Positions 29,201 to 37,910 of a stretch of 53,010 nucleotides of DNA are shown one piece after another. Under the pieces are notes generated by a model. It had not been told where the DNA came from and did not search any database. It saw only the letters and a program-made list of their open reading frames with translations. Source of the stretch: a virus (taxonomy: Duplodnaviria > Caudoviricetes); the IMG/VR virus record IMGVR_UViG_3300048881_000349, positions 1 to 53,010 of that record. One strand, written 5' to 3'. Every line of letters starts with the position of its first letter. The first letter of the stretch is position 1. Position numbers and translations under genes: made by a program.

Positions 29201-32200
29201 AGGGAAGTCAGATAAAAGCAAAACAGCGCCAACCCTCGACCTCGAAGCCCAAACCGAGGAACAGCTTGCCGAACAGGCGCGCACCCGAGAGGAATCCGAG
29301 CAGGCCGAGTCTGATCAGCGCCGCCAAGAACAGCAGCGCACCGAGGCCGATAGCCAAGTAGACGGATTTGCGCTCACTGGATCCGACCGCACCGCCGATG
29401 TTGCGATGGCTGCCGGCCAGGACGATATGTTCGTGTCTACGCCGGCCAGTCGCCAGGTTGAGCAAGCCGGCACCGAAACTGACACCAATCCCACCGACGG
29501 ACAGAAAGAAGCGGGGAATTACCGCAAGGGCCGCGTTCGTGTGCAAGGGCTGGATATCGCCATCGAGAACCCGAAGGGCTCCACCCGTTCCGGCACCGAT
29601 CCAGATGGCAACCGGTGGGAGTCCACCATGGCCCACCACTACGGCGACATCAAAGGCACGACCGCTGCTGATGGTGACAACCTGGACGTGTTCATTGGGC
29701 CACACCCAGAAATCGACCAGGTGTTCGTGATCGATCAGCCAAACGCCGACGGCACATTCGATGAACACAAAGTGATGCTGGGCTTTGCCAACGAGGCGGA
29801 TGCCAGGCAGGGCTACCTCGATAACTATGAGGATGGCTGGACCGTTGGCCCTACCACTCGCATGAGCATGGATGATTTCAAGGCCTGGATGCGCGGCGGC
29901 GACACCACAAAGCCGCTAGCAGAATCCGGTACTACTCAGCAATCCGCGCCCGAAGAATCCGAATCGGGGTCGCAATACTCCAGGGTCGGCGAGCAAGAGG
30001 CAGACTACGACTCCATCCAAGGCGTCCGCGCCAATTGGTCCCGAGCAGGTATTCAGCACTCCATCCGCGAGCGCAACAGCGTAATTACTGTTGACAAAAT
30101 TGTAGTGCCGGAAGGTATGCGAGGTGACGGCAGGGGTACGGAGGCCATGAAGTTGCTGTTGGACTATGCAGACCGCACCGGGCAGACTGTCGCTCTATCC
30201 CCGTCTACGGATTTCGGCGGCAGAAAGTTCCGGCTGAAGCGGTTCTATCGTCGGCTTGGCTTTGTCGAGAACCAGGGTGGCAGTCGAAACTTTGAGATTT
30301 CCGAGAGCATGCTGCGCGAGCCGAAGCCTGTTGACGGCGGTCAACAACCGGCGCAAGATGGCGTAGAGGGTCGCCGCAGCGCTTACCGGGCGAATCCGAA
30401 CCAGGGCGATCTGTTTACAGACATGGAATCCCTGGATCAACTGGAACAGGTGGACGCTTATGACAACCTTGAAGTTCGACCCGACACAACCCAAGCTCAG
30501 CGTCGAGCGGGACGGTCTGCGCTGCGAGATTTTTTCCGACAACTCAACGCTCGGCTGGACCGCCAAGGGCAACTACCAGCTGACGGAAGCGGAGTTTCGC
30601 TACTCGGCGCTGCCATCTACAAAAACTTCAAGGAAGGTAAGCCGAATCAACTGATTGGTCAGACTGTTCGTTCGCCCCGGGACTTGGCCGCGCTGGCTCA
30701 AGTTTACCGCGACCCCCGCTTTGAAACATTCCGCTTCATTCTAACTCGCAACGGCGAGGTTATTTCCGAGCAGGCCATTACCTCACGCCTGCCTGCCGCC
30801 GTGTCCTTCCAAAATATAGACGGTACAATTTCCGACCTGAAAAAGTCGATGACCAACATGAGCGCCGATGGCTATTACATGCTACACAACCATCCGAGCG
30901 GAAAGTCCGTGCCGTCAGCCGCTGACTTCGCGTTCACTGACAAGATTTCCAGGGAAGTGCCAGGCTTCGTTCAGCACGTCGTGATTGATACCAACGAATA
31001 TTCGGTCATTGGCGGGAAGAATGAAGGCTTTGAAACCATCCAGGACGCCACGCTTGGCTCCACGGATTTTTGGGGCAACCCTGAATTGCCGCACGACGTT
31101 TTGGGCACCAAGATAACCAGCCCGGAAACCCTGGGGAAAATCGCCAAAACGCTGCAGCAGCCAGATCGCGCCGTGTTTGTGAGCACAACCGCGAAAGGCA
31201 AAGTGGCCCTGGTCACATCCTTCCCCGGCAAAACAATCCGATCAATGATGAATCGGACTGCAATCAGCAAGCGACAGAAAGAGATGGCTGCGATGGTGCG
31301 CCGATTGCGCCGAGCGTCTGGCAGTGGCGGCAACGGCTTCCTGATTGTAAATAGCGAGGCAGAGGCCAAGTCCCTAATCAACCTTATGTCCGCCGGGGTG
31401 GTTCGGGACATTATCGCCCCGAACGGATTCAGTCTTGCCTCAGAAAAGCCGCGAGCATTCCGACAGGATGTCATGGAAGCGCTACCAAAGAAGACGATGC
31501 GAGTTAGCGAGGACAGCGACGGTTACGATGCAGGCCGCGACAACAACCTCCCGCCCAACGTAAAATTCAACGGCCCCGGCATTCCGGATCTTGACCCCCA
31601 GCCATTCGGCCCGCCCAGCAATACCCTGACTCGCTACCTCATATCCAAGATTGCCGACAAGCATACGGTTCTGAAGGGTGTCCAGAAGAACATTCAGGAT
31701 CAGTTCGGGGAAATCCCTGATCCCGCCAACGCCTATCGTGCTGAAGAACTATTCCACGGAAAGGTGGAGAACGATATTCGACTCATTCAGGAAAACATGG
31801 TTGAGCCGCTGGCCAAGGCCATGTCGGAGAATGATGTTTCACTGAAGCAGTTGGACGAATTCCTGTACGCGCTGCATGCTCCCGAGCGAAACCGCGTTAT
31901 TGCCGAGCGCAACCCGGAGATCCCGGAGGGCGGTTCGGGCATGACCGATTCTGAGGCCGCAGCGGTCATCGCCAAGGTGGAGAAAGAGGGCAAGCTGAAG
32001 CAGTACCAAGCCCTGGCGAAACGTGTTCACGACATGCTGGCCATGCGCCGTAAGATCCTGAAAAGCGCCGGCCTGGAAGATGCCGACGCCATCGGGGCCT
32101 GGGAAGAGTCGTACAAGAACTATGTGCCCCTGAAGGGCTGGGCCGCCGACGAGCAGCAGCCCGGCATGCCCCGCGCTGGCAAAGGCTTCGCGATTGCCGG

Positions 32201-34319
32201 CAAGGAATCCCAGATGGCCGCCGGCCGGAAAAGCAAGGCGGCGTCTCCGCTGGCCAACACAATCAGCGATCTGTCTGAAGCTGTCCTGCGTCGTCGCAAG
32301 AACGAAGTTGGTCAGTCATTCATGAATCTGGTCCAAGCCTACCCGAACGATAACTACTGGCGCATCTACACCGATGAAAACCCGGAGGTGGAGCGCAAGG
32401 CTGTGCGCGTAAAAGATCCTGCCACCGGCAAGATGAAGGTAGAGGTCCGCGAACAGACCATTCCGATGGCGATGATGAGCGACCGCTATTTCACCACCAA
32501 AGTGGATGGCAAAACGCACTACATCAAGATCGAGGATCAGCGGCTGATGAATGCCATGCGCAACATCGGGCCGGACAACAGCAACTTGCTGATCCGCTCG
32601 CTGGCAGCCGTCACCCGGGTTATGTCCTCGCTGAACACCAGCTATAACCCTGAGTTCGTAATATCAAACTTCTCGCGAGATATCCAGACCGCACTGCTGA
32701 ACCTGACTTCAGAGCAGTCCAGCGAGGACGGCAAAGCCCGCGGCAAGAAGATTGCCGCCAAGACGCTCAAGGATGTGGCCACGTCCATTCGTGCGATCAA
32801 TGCCAGCCTGAAAGGCAACAAGAAAGACGGCAAGCTTGGTCAGTGGCAGGCGCATTTCGATCAGTTCCGTGCCGATGGCGCCAAAACCGGATGGTTCGAC
32901 ATGAAGGACATCGATGGCCAGATGAAGGATTTGGAGAAAATGATTGCCGTGGCCGGCGGTGGCGCAACCAATACAATGCGCAGAGCCTTCAAGGCGACCA
33001 CGGATTGGGTTGAGAACACCAACAGCGCCATTGAGAACGGTGTGCGGCTATCTGCCTACGTGAACGCCATTGAGGCCGGCATCCCCCGGTCACAGGCGGC
33101 GTCCTTGGCCAAGAACATGACGGTGAACTTCAACCGCAAGGGCGAACTCGGAACGATGATGAACGCCCTGTACATGTTCGCCAACGCCTCCGTGCAAGGT
33201 ACTGCCAACTTCGTGCGAACCCTGGGGCGGTTGAACGGCGTCAAGGGCGATCCGATATGGCGCCGCATGCACACAGCACAGAAGATTGCCGTTGGTATGG
33301 CTGTCGGCGGATTCGCGTTGTCCATGCTGAACCGCCTGGTGGCCGGCGAGGATGACGACGAGGTGAACTGGTGGGACAAGGTGCCCGACTACATCAAAGA
33401 GCGCAATATCGTCATCATGAAATCCCTGGTGGGCGGTGAGCCCGGGGAATACTGGACGATCCCGCTGCCTTACGGGTACAACATTTTCCCAGTTCTCGGT
33501 ACCCAGATGGAGCACATGGCGTTCAGCGATAGCCAGTCGGCAGGGAAGGCGGCAACTAATATCATCATGGCTGCTCTCGGCAGCTTTTCGCCTATCGGCT
33601 TTGAGCAATCGGAAGAGATTTACGGCGTAGTCGCAAAGAATATCTGGCCCACGATTCTGCGGCCGGTGGCCAGCATATCGCTAAATGAGAACTTCATGGG
33701 CGGCCCGATCTACAAGGAGAATTTCCCGTTTGGCACACAGAAGCCGGACAGCGCCCTGTATTTCCGCAGTACGCCCGAAGTCTTCAAGGGGTTGGCAGAG
33801 GGATTAAACGACGCAACTGGCGGCAGCGAGTTCCGCAGCGGTGCCGTAGATCTGAGCCCGGATATTATGCAGTTCCTGGTTGGGTACTACGGTGGTGGCG
33901 CCTATGACTTCTTCACCAGTCGCACACCGAACTTGCTTACCAAGTTGGCGACAGGCGTTGAGCTGGAGGACCGAGAAGTTCCGTTCTGGAGAAAGGTCAA
34001 CGGCAAGGTGCTGCCTTACGAGGATCAGTCGATTTTCTATGATCGCCGCAACGAGATCCAACAGCTGGCCGATGAGCGCAAGAACCTGAGGGGCCGGGAT
34101 CGGATCCAGTTCAGCAAAGACTACCGCGAAAAGCTGCGACTGCAGGGTATCCTGAAATCCACTGAAGACCGACTGAAGATGTTGCGCAAGCAGCGTGACC
34201 GTATTGAGGTCATGGACCTATCGGCAGCGGAGGAGGATGAGAAGTTGCAGCGCGTCGAGAAGCAGATGAAGCGGGCCATTGATCAGTTCAATAAGCGGTA
34301 CAACGAAGCGGAGGATTAG
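26220..34319 (+). CDS. Giant polyvalent virion protein (ParB-N, inorganic pyrophosphatase, GNAT, RadC/JAB, LPD38-like)
   Basis: VADGHHR; GNYRKG..IENPKGS.RSG..YG.IKGT..DGD.LDVF; VPEGMRGDGRG..FYRRLGF; LHNHPSG..PS.AD..HVVI; TVNFNRKG..Y.F.NA..QG, IPLPYG. Confidence 0.88.
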   Translation: MANAFDRFDVQGGESPAQPAENPFDAFDVQPEIQQSAPVETDDDAGLFSNSLRNAGERGFDLLGNAIQFIGNAAEKGEKAITDRLGGLNPGMVIDKSDTLRGKGYDPDLEIGGYGVDFTSRVNPEDTDTGLGAAGQAVEDVGLGYKPNFTIDKALDEPTLRNLAGAVAEQGPAALSDMAALIISTPAYLASRTQEIGEARVENDGGDIRNASSELQKAIVDNFANGTEIPGKLQREAEKLAENGGMPGLKDYLVAGPTAAASVLLDRFALGKLLPGGGKAVTSAKQVPGAVGRAVATEATTEAAQEGGIEYAGESVGTQAGWDPSTAGRRAAGGALVGGPTGGVVRGGTATYEAATAKPQQTVDERESVGEGVRMDAEPDQEATDVAQDAAGDVNAFDQFDQPTATAEASAEVSPVEPPVVGVPDDQQATNDDGSPLTESGTGVFRVPVDQIKVDPEQYQFRSRVNEQGVDKRLEDVKRWDDKRAGSVLLHRREDGSMFVADGHHRVDLARRLNQGEINATVIDEADGVSVEQARVEAAMNNIADGKAEPLDVAKVFRDSEVPANEVRDIFNLPSSQVVRDGESLSRLSDNVFGMVAAGQVTEKDGAAIGSAFSEQNQQEAAADAFQKVQPDTEYQRQLLVNEIRAADFAQAQGEQGGLFGDDPQEVSLMQDRLKVLDALRQRLNSDKRLFKSLNDNADRAGEAGNQIATEANESITKQSARSLDLIGRVTTTPALNEMVNRAARRVYDGENRSKVVTELKQELMSYEQGADAEVSGERGQTQGRRATTETRQEPRDSEPVPEQDAAGEDQGGQPESGQQEEVTAEQSAAQQVIDNLNDLNPQLNGVLRIEFLTAEEMAQRPTSGGYVSKAGQNGAVINLRDDAGPIEALEEARHMVDMLLGNREMSKWLKEDKALRDEVLAFLKERKEAGDLAPEANFANEEEIVQAFLDQYFRNPGLVESRFPEVFQFLEAMGAAKYREALQPLYDALAESQGKSDKSKTAPTLDLEAQTEEQLAEQARTREESEQAESDQRRQEQQRTEADSQVDGFALTGSDRTADVAMAAGQDDMFVSTPASRQVEQAGTETDTNPTDGQKEAGNYRKGRVRVQGLDIAIENPKGSTRSGTDPDGNRWESTMAHHYGDIKGTTAADGDNLDVFIGPHPEIDQVFVIDQPNADGTFDEHKVMLGFANEADARQGYLDNYEDGWTVGPTTRMSMDDFKAWMRGGDTTKPLAESGTTQQSAPEESESGSQYSRVGEQEADYDSIQGVRANWSRAGIQHSIRERNSVITVDKIVVPEGMRGDGRGTEAMKLLLDYADRTGQTVALSPSTDFGGRKFRLKRFYRRLGFVENQGGSRNFEISESMLREPKPVDGGQQPAQDGVEGRRSAYRANPNQGDLFTDMESLDQLEQVDAYDNLEVRPDTTQAQRRAGRSALRDFFRQLNARLDRQGQLPADGSGVSLLGAAIYKNFKEGKPNQLIGQTVRSPRDLAALAQVYRDPRFETFRFILTRNGEVISEQAITSRLPAAVSFQNIDGTISDLKKSMTNMSADGYYMLHNHPSGKSVPSAADFAFTDKISREVPGFVQHVVIDTNEYSVIGGKNEGFETIQDATLGSTDFWGNPELPHDVLGTKITSPETLGKIAKTLQQPDRAVFVSTTAKGKVALVTSFPGKTIRSMMNRTAISKRQKEMAAMVRRLRRASGSGGNGFLIVNSEAEAKSLINLMSAGVVRDIIAPNGFSLASEKPRAFRQDVMEALPKKTMRVSEDSDGYDAGRDNNLPPNVKFNGPGIPDLDPQPFGPPSNTLTRYLISKIADKHTVLKGVQKNIQDQFGEIPDPANAYRAEELFHGKVENDIRLIQENMVEPLAKAMSENDVSLKQLDEFLYALHAPERNRVIAERNPEIPEGGSGMTDSEAAAVIAKVEKEGKLKQYQALAKRVHDMLAMRRKILKSAGLEDADAIGAWEESYKNYVPLKGWAADEQQPGMPRAGKGFAIAGKESQMAAGRKSKAASPLANTISDLSEAVLRRRKNEVGQSFMNLVQAYPNDNYWRIYTDENPEVERKAVRVKDPATGKMKVEVREQTIPMAMMSDRYFTTKVDGKTHYIKIEDQRLMNAMRNIGPDNSNLLIRSLAAVTRVMSSLNTSYNPEFVISNFSRDIQTALLNLTSEQSSEDGKARGKKIAAKTLKDVATSIRAINASLKGNKKDGKLGQWQAHFDQFRADGAKTGWFDMKDIDGQMKDLEKMIAVAGGGATNTMRRAFKATTDWVENTNSAIENGVRLSAYVNAIEAGIPRSQAASLAKNMTVNFNRKGELGTMMNALYMFANASVQGTANFVRTLGRLNGVKGDPIWRRMHTAQKIAVGMAVGGFALSMLNRLVAGEDDDEVNWWDKVPDYIKERNIVIMKSLVGGEPGEYWTIPLPYGYNIFPVLGTQMEHMAFSDSQSAGKAATNIIMAALGSFSPIGFEQSEEIYGVVAKNIWPTILRPVASISLNENFMGGPIYKENFPFGTQKPDSALYFRSTPEVFKGLAEGLNDATGGSEFRSGAVDLSPDIMQFLVGYYGGGAYDFFTSRTPNLLTKLATGVELEDREVPFWRKVNGKVLPYEDQSIFYDRRNEIQQLADERKNLRGRDRIQFSKDYREKLRLQGILKSTEDRLKMLRKQRDRIEVMDLSAAEEDEKLQRVEKQMKRAIDQFNKRYNEAED

Positions 34320-34636
34320 CGCCGCCGAATTGCTCGGATGATGTCAGTGGCGGCATCATCCAGCTTGCCGAGAATGCCAAGGAGGGCAATCGGGTACAGT
34401 GGCAACAGAAGCAGCACGCCGGCAGCCGCCAATTGCTTCAGCCCGAGAACTCCCGCCACAATTATCACCAGAATGCCCGTCAGGGCGTAATGGCCGCACC
34501 AGTCCATCCAGTTCATCTGCGGGCACTCGTCCGGGTGCTTTATCCGCTTCCATGCAGTAGAGGCGATAGTGATCACCGTGGCGAGCGAGAGCACCAGCCA
34601 TAGGTCAGGGCGAACTAACCAGGGTTCTATTTCCAC
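34316..34636 (-). CDS. Small membrane protein (about 3 TM), moron-like
   Basis: Hydrophobic helices; own -10-like TATGCT upstream; opposite strand. Confidence 0.6.
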   Translation of the reverse strand: MEIEPWLVRPDLWLVLSLATVITIASTAWKRIKHPDECPQMNWMDWCGHYALTGILVIIVAGVLGLKQLAAAGVLLLLPLYPIALLGILGKLDDAATDIIRAIRRR

Positions 34637-34714
34637 AAAGGGTCACTCTGGCAAGAATTGAATTATTGAGCATAGCAGCCCCGAACCTTGTGCGCATCCC
34701 CTCAAAAGGTGATG

Positions 34715-34957
34715 CTACTGAGCCGCCAATCCTTGAAATTTCGTGATCACCTTATCCCAGGCCCGCCGCATCTTCTCGTCTCGGTACTCCACGATCTCCG
34801 ATAGCTGCACAACGCCCAGGTTTTGGTTGACCTGCTTTAGGCCTCCGTTCCAGCACACGCGAATATCACACCCGCCAGCATAGATTCGAATTTCCGCTTT
34901 GGCGTCCGGGGCAATGGCTTCCTCCAGTTCGCGGAGCATGTCAGTGGTGATTCTCAT
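34715..34957 (-). CDS. Hypothetical protein
   Basis: AAGGA RBS before ATG 34957. Confidence 0.6.
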   Translation of the reverse strand: MRITTDMLRELEEAIAPDAKAEIRIYAGGCDIRVCWNGGLKQVNQNLGVVQLSEIVEYRDEKMRRAWDKVITKFQGLAAQ

Positions 34958-34966
34958 GGGTGGTCC

Positions 34967-35123
34967 TTGGGGCAATTTTGGGGCAAGCACCAACCCGTTA
35001 ATGCCCGTTATACCGTGTTTTGAAATAATGTAACAGTTTGGTGGATTCGCTCAACGGTGCGCCCTGCAAGGGCTGCGGCTGTACGGATGAACATAGACCG
35101 GTCATCATCGGGGTGTGGTGCAT
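34967..35123 (-). other. mutS-type attachment site: core CACACCCCGATGATG (HTPMM) plus one arm (TTGGGGCAA x2)
   Basis: Minus strand reads TA-ATG CAC CAC ACC CCG ATG ATG at 35125-35103; direct repeats at 34967-34975 and 34978-34986. Confidence 0.65.
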
Positions 35124-36355
35124 TAGCCCATCACCTTTAAAGCAAACTGCTCTTTCTGCTCCGCGGTAATTCCCGCCTGCAGTACATCCAAGTAGTCAGC
35201 ATACCACTGCATCATGACTCGCCTTTGCTTGAGGTACTTGGCCTTGTTGTAGACGCCTCCAACACCTTTCTGCGCATGGGATAGCTGCATGTCCACATAA
35301 CCCCGGCGCCAGCCGTGATCGTTCAGTAGCGTAGACGCTGTGTGCCTTGATCCATGACCAACCAGCTTCCCCTTGTATCCGGCCCGAGACAGTGCGGCAT
35401 TGATCGTTGTATGCGAGAGCACGTCATTGGCCCTTGAGCCAGGAAACAGGTATTGGCCAAGCCCGGTAATTTCCTCAAGGTTTTTCAATATTGGGATTAG
35501 CTGTGCGGGCAGCGGCACCAGGTGATCCCGACTTTTCTTCATCTTTTCCGCGGGCACCGACCAAAGCGCGTTGTCCAAATCCACTTCTGACCATTCGGCG
35601 TGGCGCACCATGCCGGGGCGAGATGCTGTTAGAAGAACCATGTATACCGCGGCCCTCGTGGTATACAAGCTGTTGGATCGGCTCAGCGCTCTCAGGAAGG
35701 CGGGCAACTCGTCTTCCAGCAGGTGAGGGTGGTGGACGGTTGGTGGCGCCTTGCGGGCAACGTGGCCAAGCTCTGACGCAGGGTTTAGGTCGCAGCGTCC
35801 TTGTGCGATGGCCAGGCTGAACATGTTCTTGAGCCACCCGCGGGCTTTCTTGGCGATGTGCCATGCGCCGCGGTCCTCGATCTTTTCAATGGCGCTCGTG
35901 CAATCTGCTCGCGTCACTTCCAATAACGGGATGTCGCCTAAGCTGGGCAACAGATCTTTGTCCAGGCCGTCGCGCATCAGCCGCAAGCTTTTCTCCGCAA
36001 GCGCCTCAGATTGTTTCCGGCTGTACCAGTCTTCAGCTACCGCCTTGAAAAGTACCGCGGGGGCTTCCGCCTTTCCGTGGTCGGCGAGATCGCCACCGTC
36101 CGCGGCAATCCCCATCATCTCATCCGCCTTTTCTCTTGCCGACCTCCCTGACACTTGCGGAAATCTCCCTAGTCCTTTCCAGGCCCATTTCCCATTTGGG
36201 CGCTTGTACCTCAAGTTCCAGGATTTGCTACCATTGGGCTTTACGCGAAAGTACAATCCATTGCTGTCATGCTCGCGATACTCAGAGGCTTCTGGCTCAA
36301 GCTTTTCGAGAACCGTATCGGCAAGCGGCCTGCGCTTGATCTGTTTGCGTTTCAT
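35123..36355 (-). CDS. int: Tyrosine integrase, P4-like, with N-terminal arm-binding domain
   Basis: GLYFRV..GSKSW..Y; catalytic R (TASRPG), HGSR, LSH, VYN; real start MKRKQ after GGAG RBS. Confidence 0.95.
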   Translation of the reverse strand: MKRKQIKRRPLADTVLEKLEPEASEYREHDSNGLYFRVKPNGSKSWNLRYKRPNGKWAWKGLGRFPQVSGRSAREKADEMMGIAADGGDLADHGKAEAPAVLFKAVAEDWYSRKQSEALAEKSLRLMRDGLDKDLLPSLGDIPLLEVTRADCTSAIEKIEDRGAWHIAKKARGWLKNMFSLAIAQGRCDLNPASELGHVARKAPPTVHHPHLLEDELPAFLRALSRSNSLYTTRAAVYMVLLTASRPGMVRHAEWSEVDLDNALWSVPAEKMKKSRDHLVPLPAQLIPILKNLEEITGLGQYLFPGSRANDVLSHTTINAALSRAGYKGKLVGHGSRHTASTLLNDHGWRRGYVDMQLSHAQKGVGGVYNKAKYLKQRRVMMQWYADYLDVLQAGITAEQKEQFALKVMG

Positions 36356-36383
36356 TCTTATTTTCTCCGGCAAGGAGAAGGCA

Positions 36384-36621
36384 GGGTACAAAGAATTGAG
36401 GGCGGTATACAAGCGGGGATACAAGGAAAAAACGGCTGGCACGAATATACAATGAGTTACATGGTGTACCCGTGCGCAGCCAAAAGAGCCTTTTAGTGAA
36501 CATATCAACCAACTACGTACTACATGATGATAGCCCTTAGCTCCTGATGAGAGAGATAGCAACCCCCGTATTCTGGTGCCTGACAGGCAACAAAACTCCT
36601 GGGATACATGGTGGTATACAC
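36384..36621. other. Probable attP between xis and int, with arm-type repeats GG(G/T)ATACA on both sides
   Basis: GGTATACA and GGGATACA pair at about 36404-36423; GGGATACA and GGTATACA pair at 36601-36620; non-coding spacer between. Confidence 0.65.
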
Positions 36622-36632
36622 CGCGGTCGCTG

Positions 36633-36872
36633 CTAGGCCGCATTTGCGGTCTGCATTCTGTGCTCGCTGTACCCGTAGATATCCGACAGCCGAAACATCA
36701 CTCTGCTGTTTCTTGCTGTGCCATGCCGGAACCCCGCGGGGCATTTCGGATCATCTTTGCGCAGGCGGTCAAACTCTGTAGGGCTCACTCCAACAATCTC
36801 CGCAGCTTCCTGGCGTCCGATCTGAACATACCGCGGGTCAATCGTTTTTCTGGTAAGGTGCTTTCTGCTCAT
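36633..36872 (-). CDS. xis: Excisionase/AlpA-like recombination directionality factor
   Basis: EAAEIVGVS...FDRLRK.DP..P...V.FRLSDI winged HTH; adjacent to att/int. Confidence 0.75.
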   Translation of the reverse strand: MSRKHLTRKTIDPRYVQIGRQEAAEIVGVSPTEFDRLRKDDPKCPAGFRHGTARNSRVMFRLSDIYGYSEHRMQTANAA

Positions 36873-37420
36873 GCTGCCTCCTGGCTGTCCGCCTCAAACA
36901 CGTTCGGAAAGTTCAATCTTGCATGGTCGCCATGCCAACGACGCGCCGCGGCATCATAAGCTATGGCTGCCTGCTCTGGTGTCTTGAACAGCCCGAGATA
37001 TTTCCTGCCTTCCGGTGTCGTAATTTCAGCCTTCCAGCGGTTACCCTTGCGATACACGCCCTTGTATCCGCGCCCTTTGTCGCAATGGCGGTTTAGTTGG
37101 TTCTGCTGATTCGTGACCAGCCGTAAGTTTTCCAGCCGGTTATCGTCCCGGATGCCGTTAATGTGATCTACCTGCATGTGGTCAGGAATCTCGCCATAGG
37201 CCAGCTTCCATATCACCCGGTGAACGCCTGTGCGAAGTCCGGCGAACTTCACCCTGACGTAACCTTGATGCCTCCCGGTGACTGGCTTGCCAGCAAAGCG
37301 TCCGTTCCATTGCGATGTTTCGCCATCGCGGTAGCGCCATATCAGCTCGCCGGTTTCGGTGTTGTAGTCGAACAGCTCTCGCAACACGGCCTGACCCGGC
37401 AACTCTTTGGCTTTCGTCAT
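36869..37420 (-). CDS. HNH-AP2 homing endonuclease
   Basis: VHRVIW...VDHINGIRDDNRLENLR; YKGV..WKAEI..YLGLF.T.EQAA.AYD.AA AP2 domain. Confidence 0.92.
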   Translation of the reverse strand: MTKAKELPGQAVLRELFDYNTETGELIWRYRDGETSQWNGRFAGKPVTGRHQGYVRVKFAGLRTGVHRVIWKLAYGEIPDHMQVDHINGIRDDNRLENLRLVTNQQNQLNRHCDKGRGYKGVYRKGNRWKAEITTPEGRKYLGLFKTPEQAAIAYDAAARRWHGDHARLNFPNVFEADSQEAA

Positions 37421-37662
37421 CACTCACCTCCCGCCATTCGATGCGCAGCCCTGTGAAGCCGGTCATTAAACCAACGCCGGATCACGTAGCTGCGGGCAAT
37501 GCTGATGACCGTAAACCATGCGGCCACCTCCAGATTGGTAGACAGCGATACCTCTATGCCCACCATTGGGAATACCAGGATCTGAGAGGCCAGGCCGATG
37601 CCGAAGCCAGTCAGAACGTTTATCAGGGCCTCGTAGAACGAGCCAAGGCGTGACTGTTTCAT
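37420..37662 (-). CDS. Small two-TM phage protein
   Basis: QSR..S.YEA..NV..G..., FTVISIARSY.IRRWFN motif. Confidence 0.75.
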   Translation of the reverse strand: MKQSRLGSFYEALINVLTGFGIGLASQILVFPMVGIEVSLSTNLEVAAWFTVISIARSYVIRRWFNDRLHRAAHRMAGGE

Positions 37663-37910
37663 GAGGCGGATTCCTCTGCTTCTTCGGATTTCTGATTAAT
37701 CACAGGGATTTCGTCTATCTGGTCAAAGGCAAATATCCACTGATACCCGCTGCGCACTTCGCCAAGCATTGCCGTCGCCTTCTCGCTTGCCTCTTTCCTG
37801 CTGCCAGCTAAGACTGTCAACTTCTGAGCGGTATCCCAGCGAGGGTGATAGTAGCCGCTGGTATCGGCAGGCGTGGCCCGCATCGTGAATCGAAATATTG
37901 GATCACTCAT
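37659..37910 (-). CDS. Hypothetical protein
   Basis: AGGAG RBS before MSDPIF. Confidence 0.65.
   Translation of the reverse strand: MSDPIFRFTMRATPADTSGYYHPRWDTAQKLTVLAGSRKEASEKATAMLGEVRSGYQWIFAFDQIDEIPVINQKSEEAEESAS

Noticed and set aside
36356-36643. 96-aa N-terminal extension of the integrase in the ORF track
   Set aside because: Runs through the att arm repeats; RBS and homology-like sequence start at ATG 36355
36869-37420. HNH-AP2 gene as a novel defence nuclease or intron marker
   Set aside because: Common free-standing phage homing endonuclease; no interrupted gene or intron structure around it
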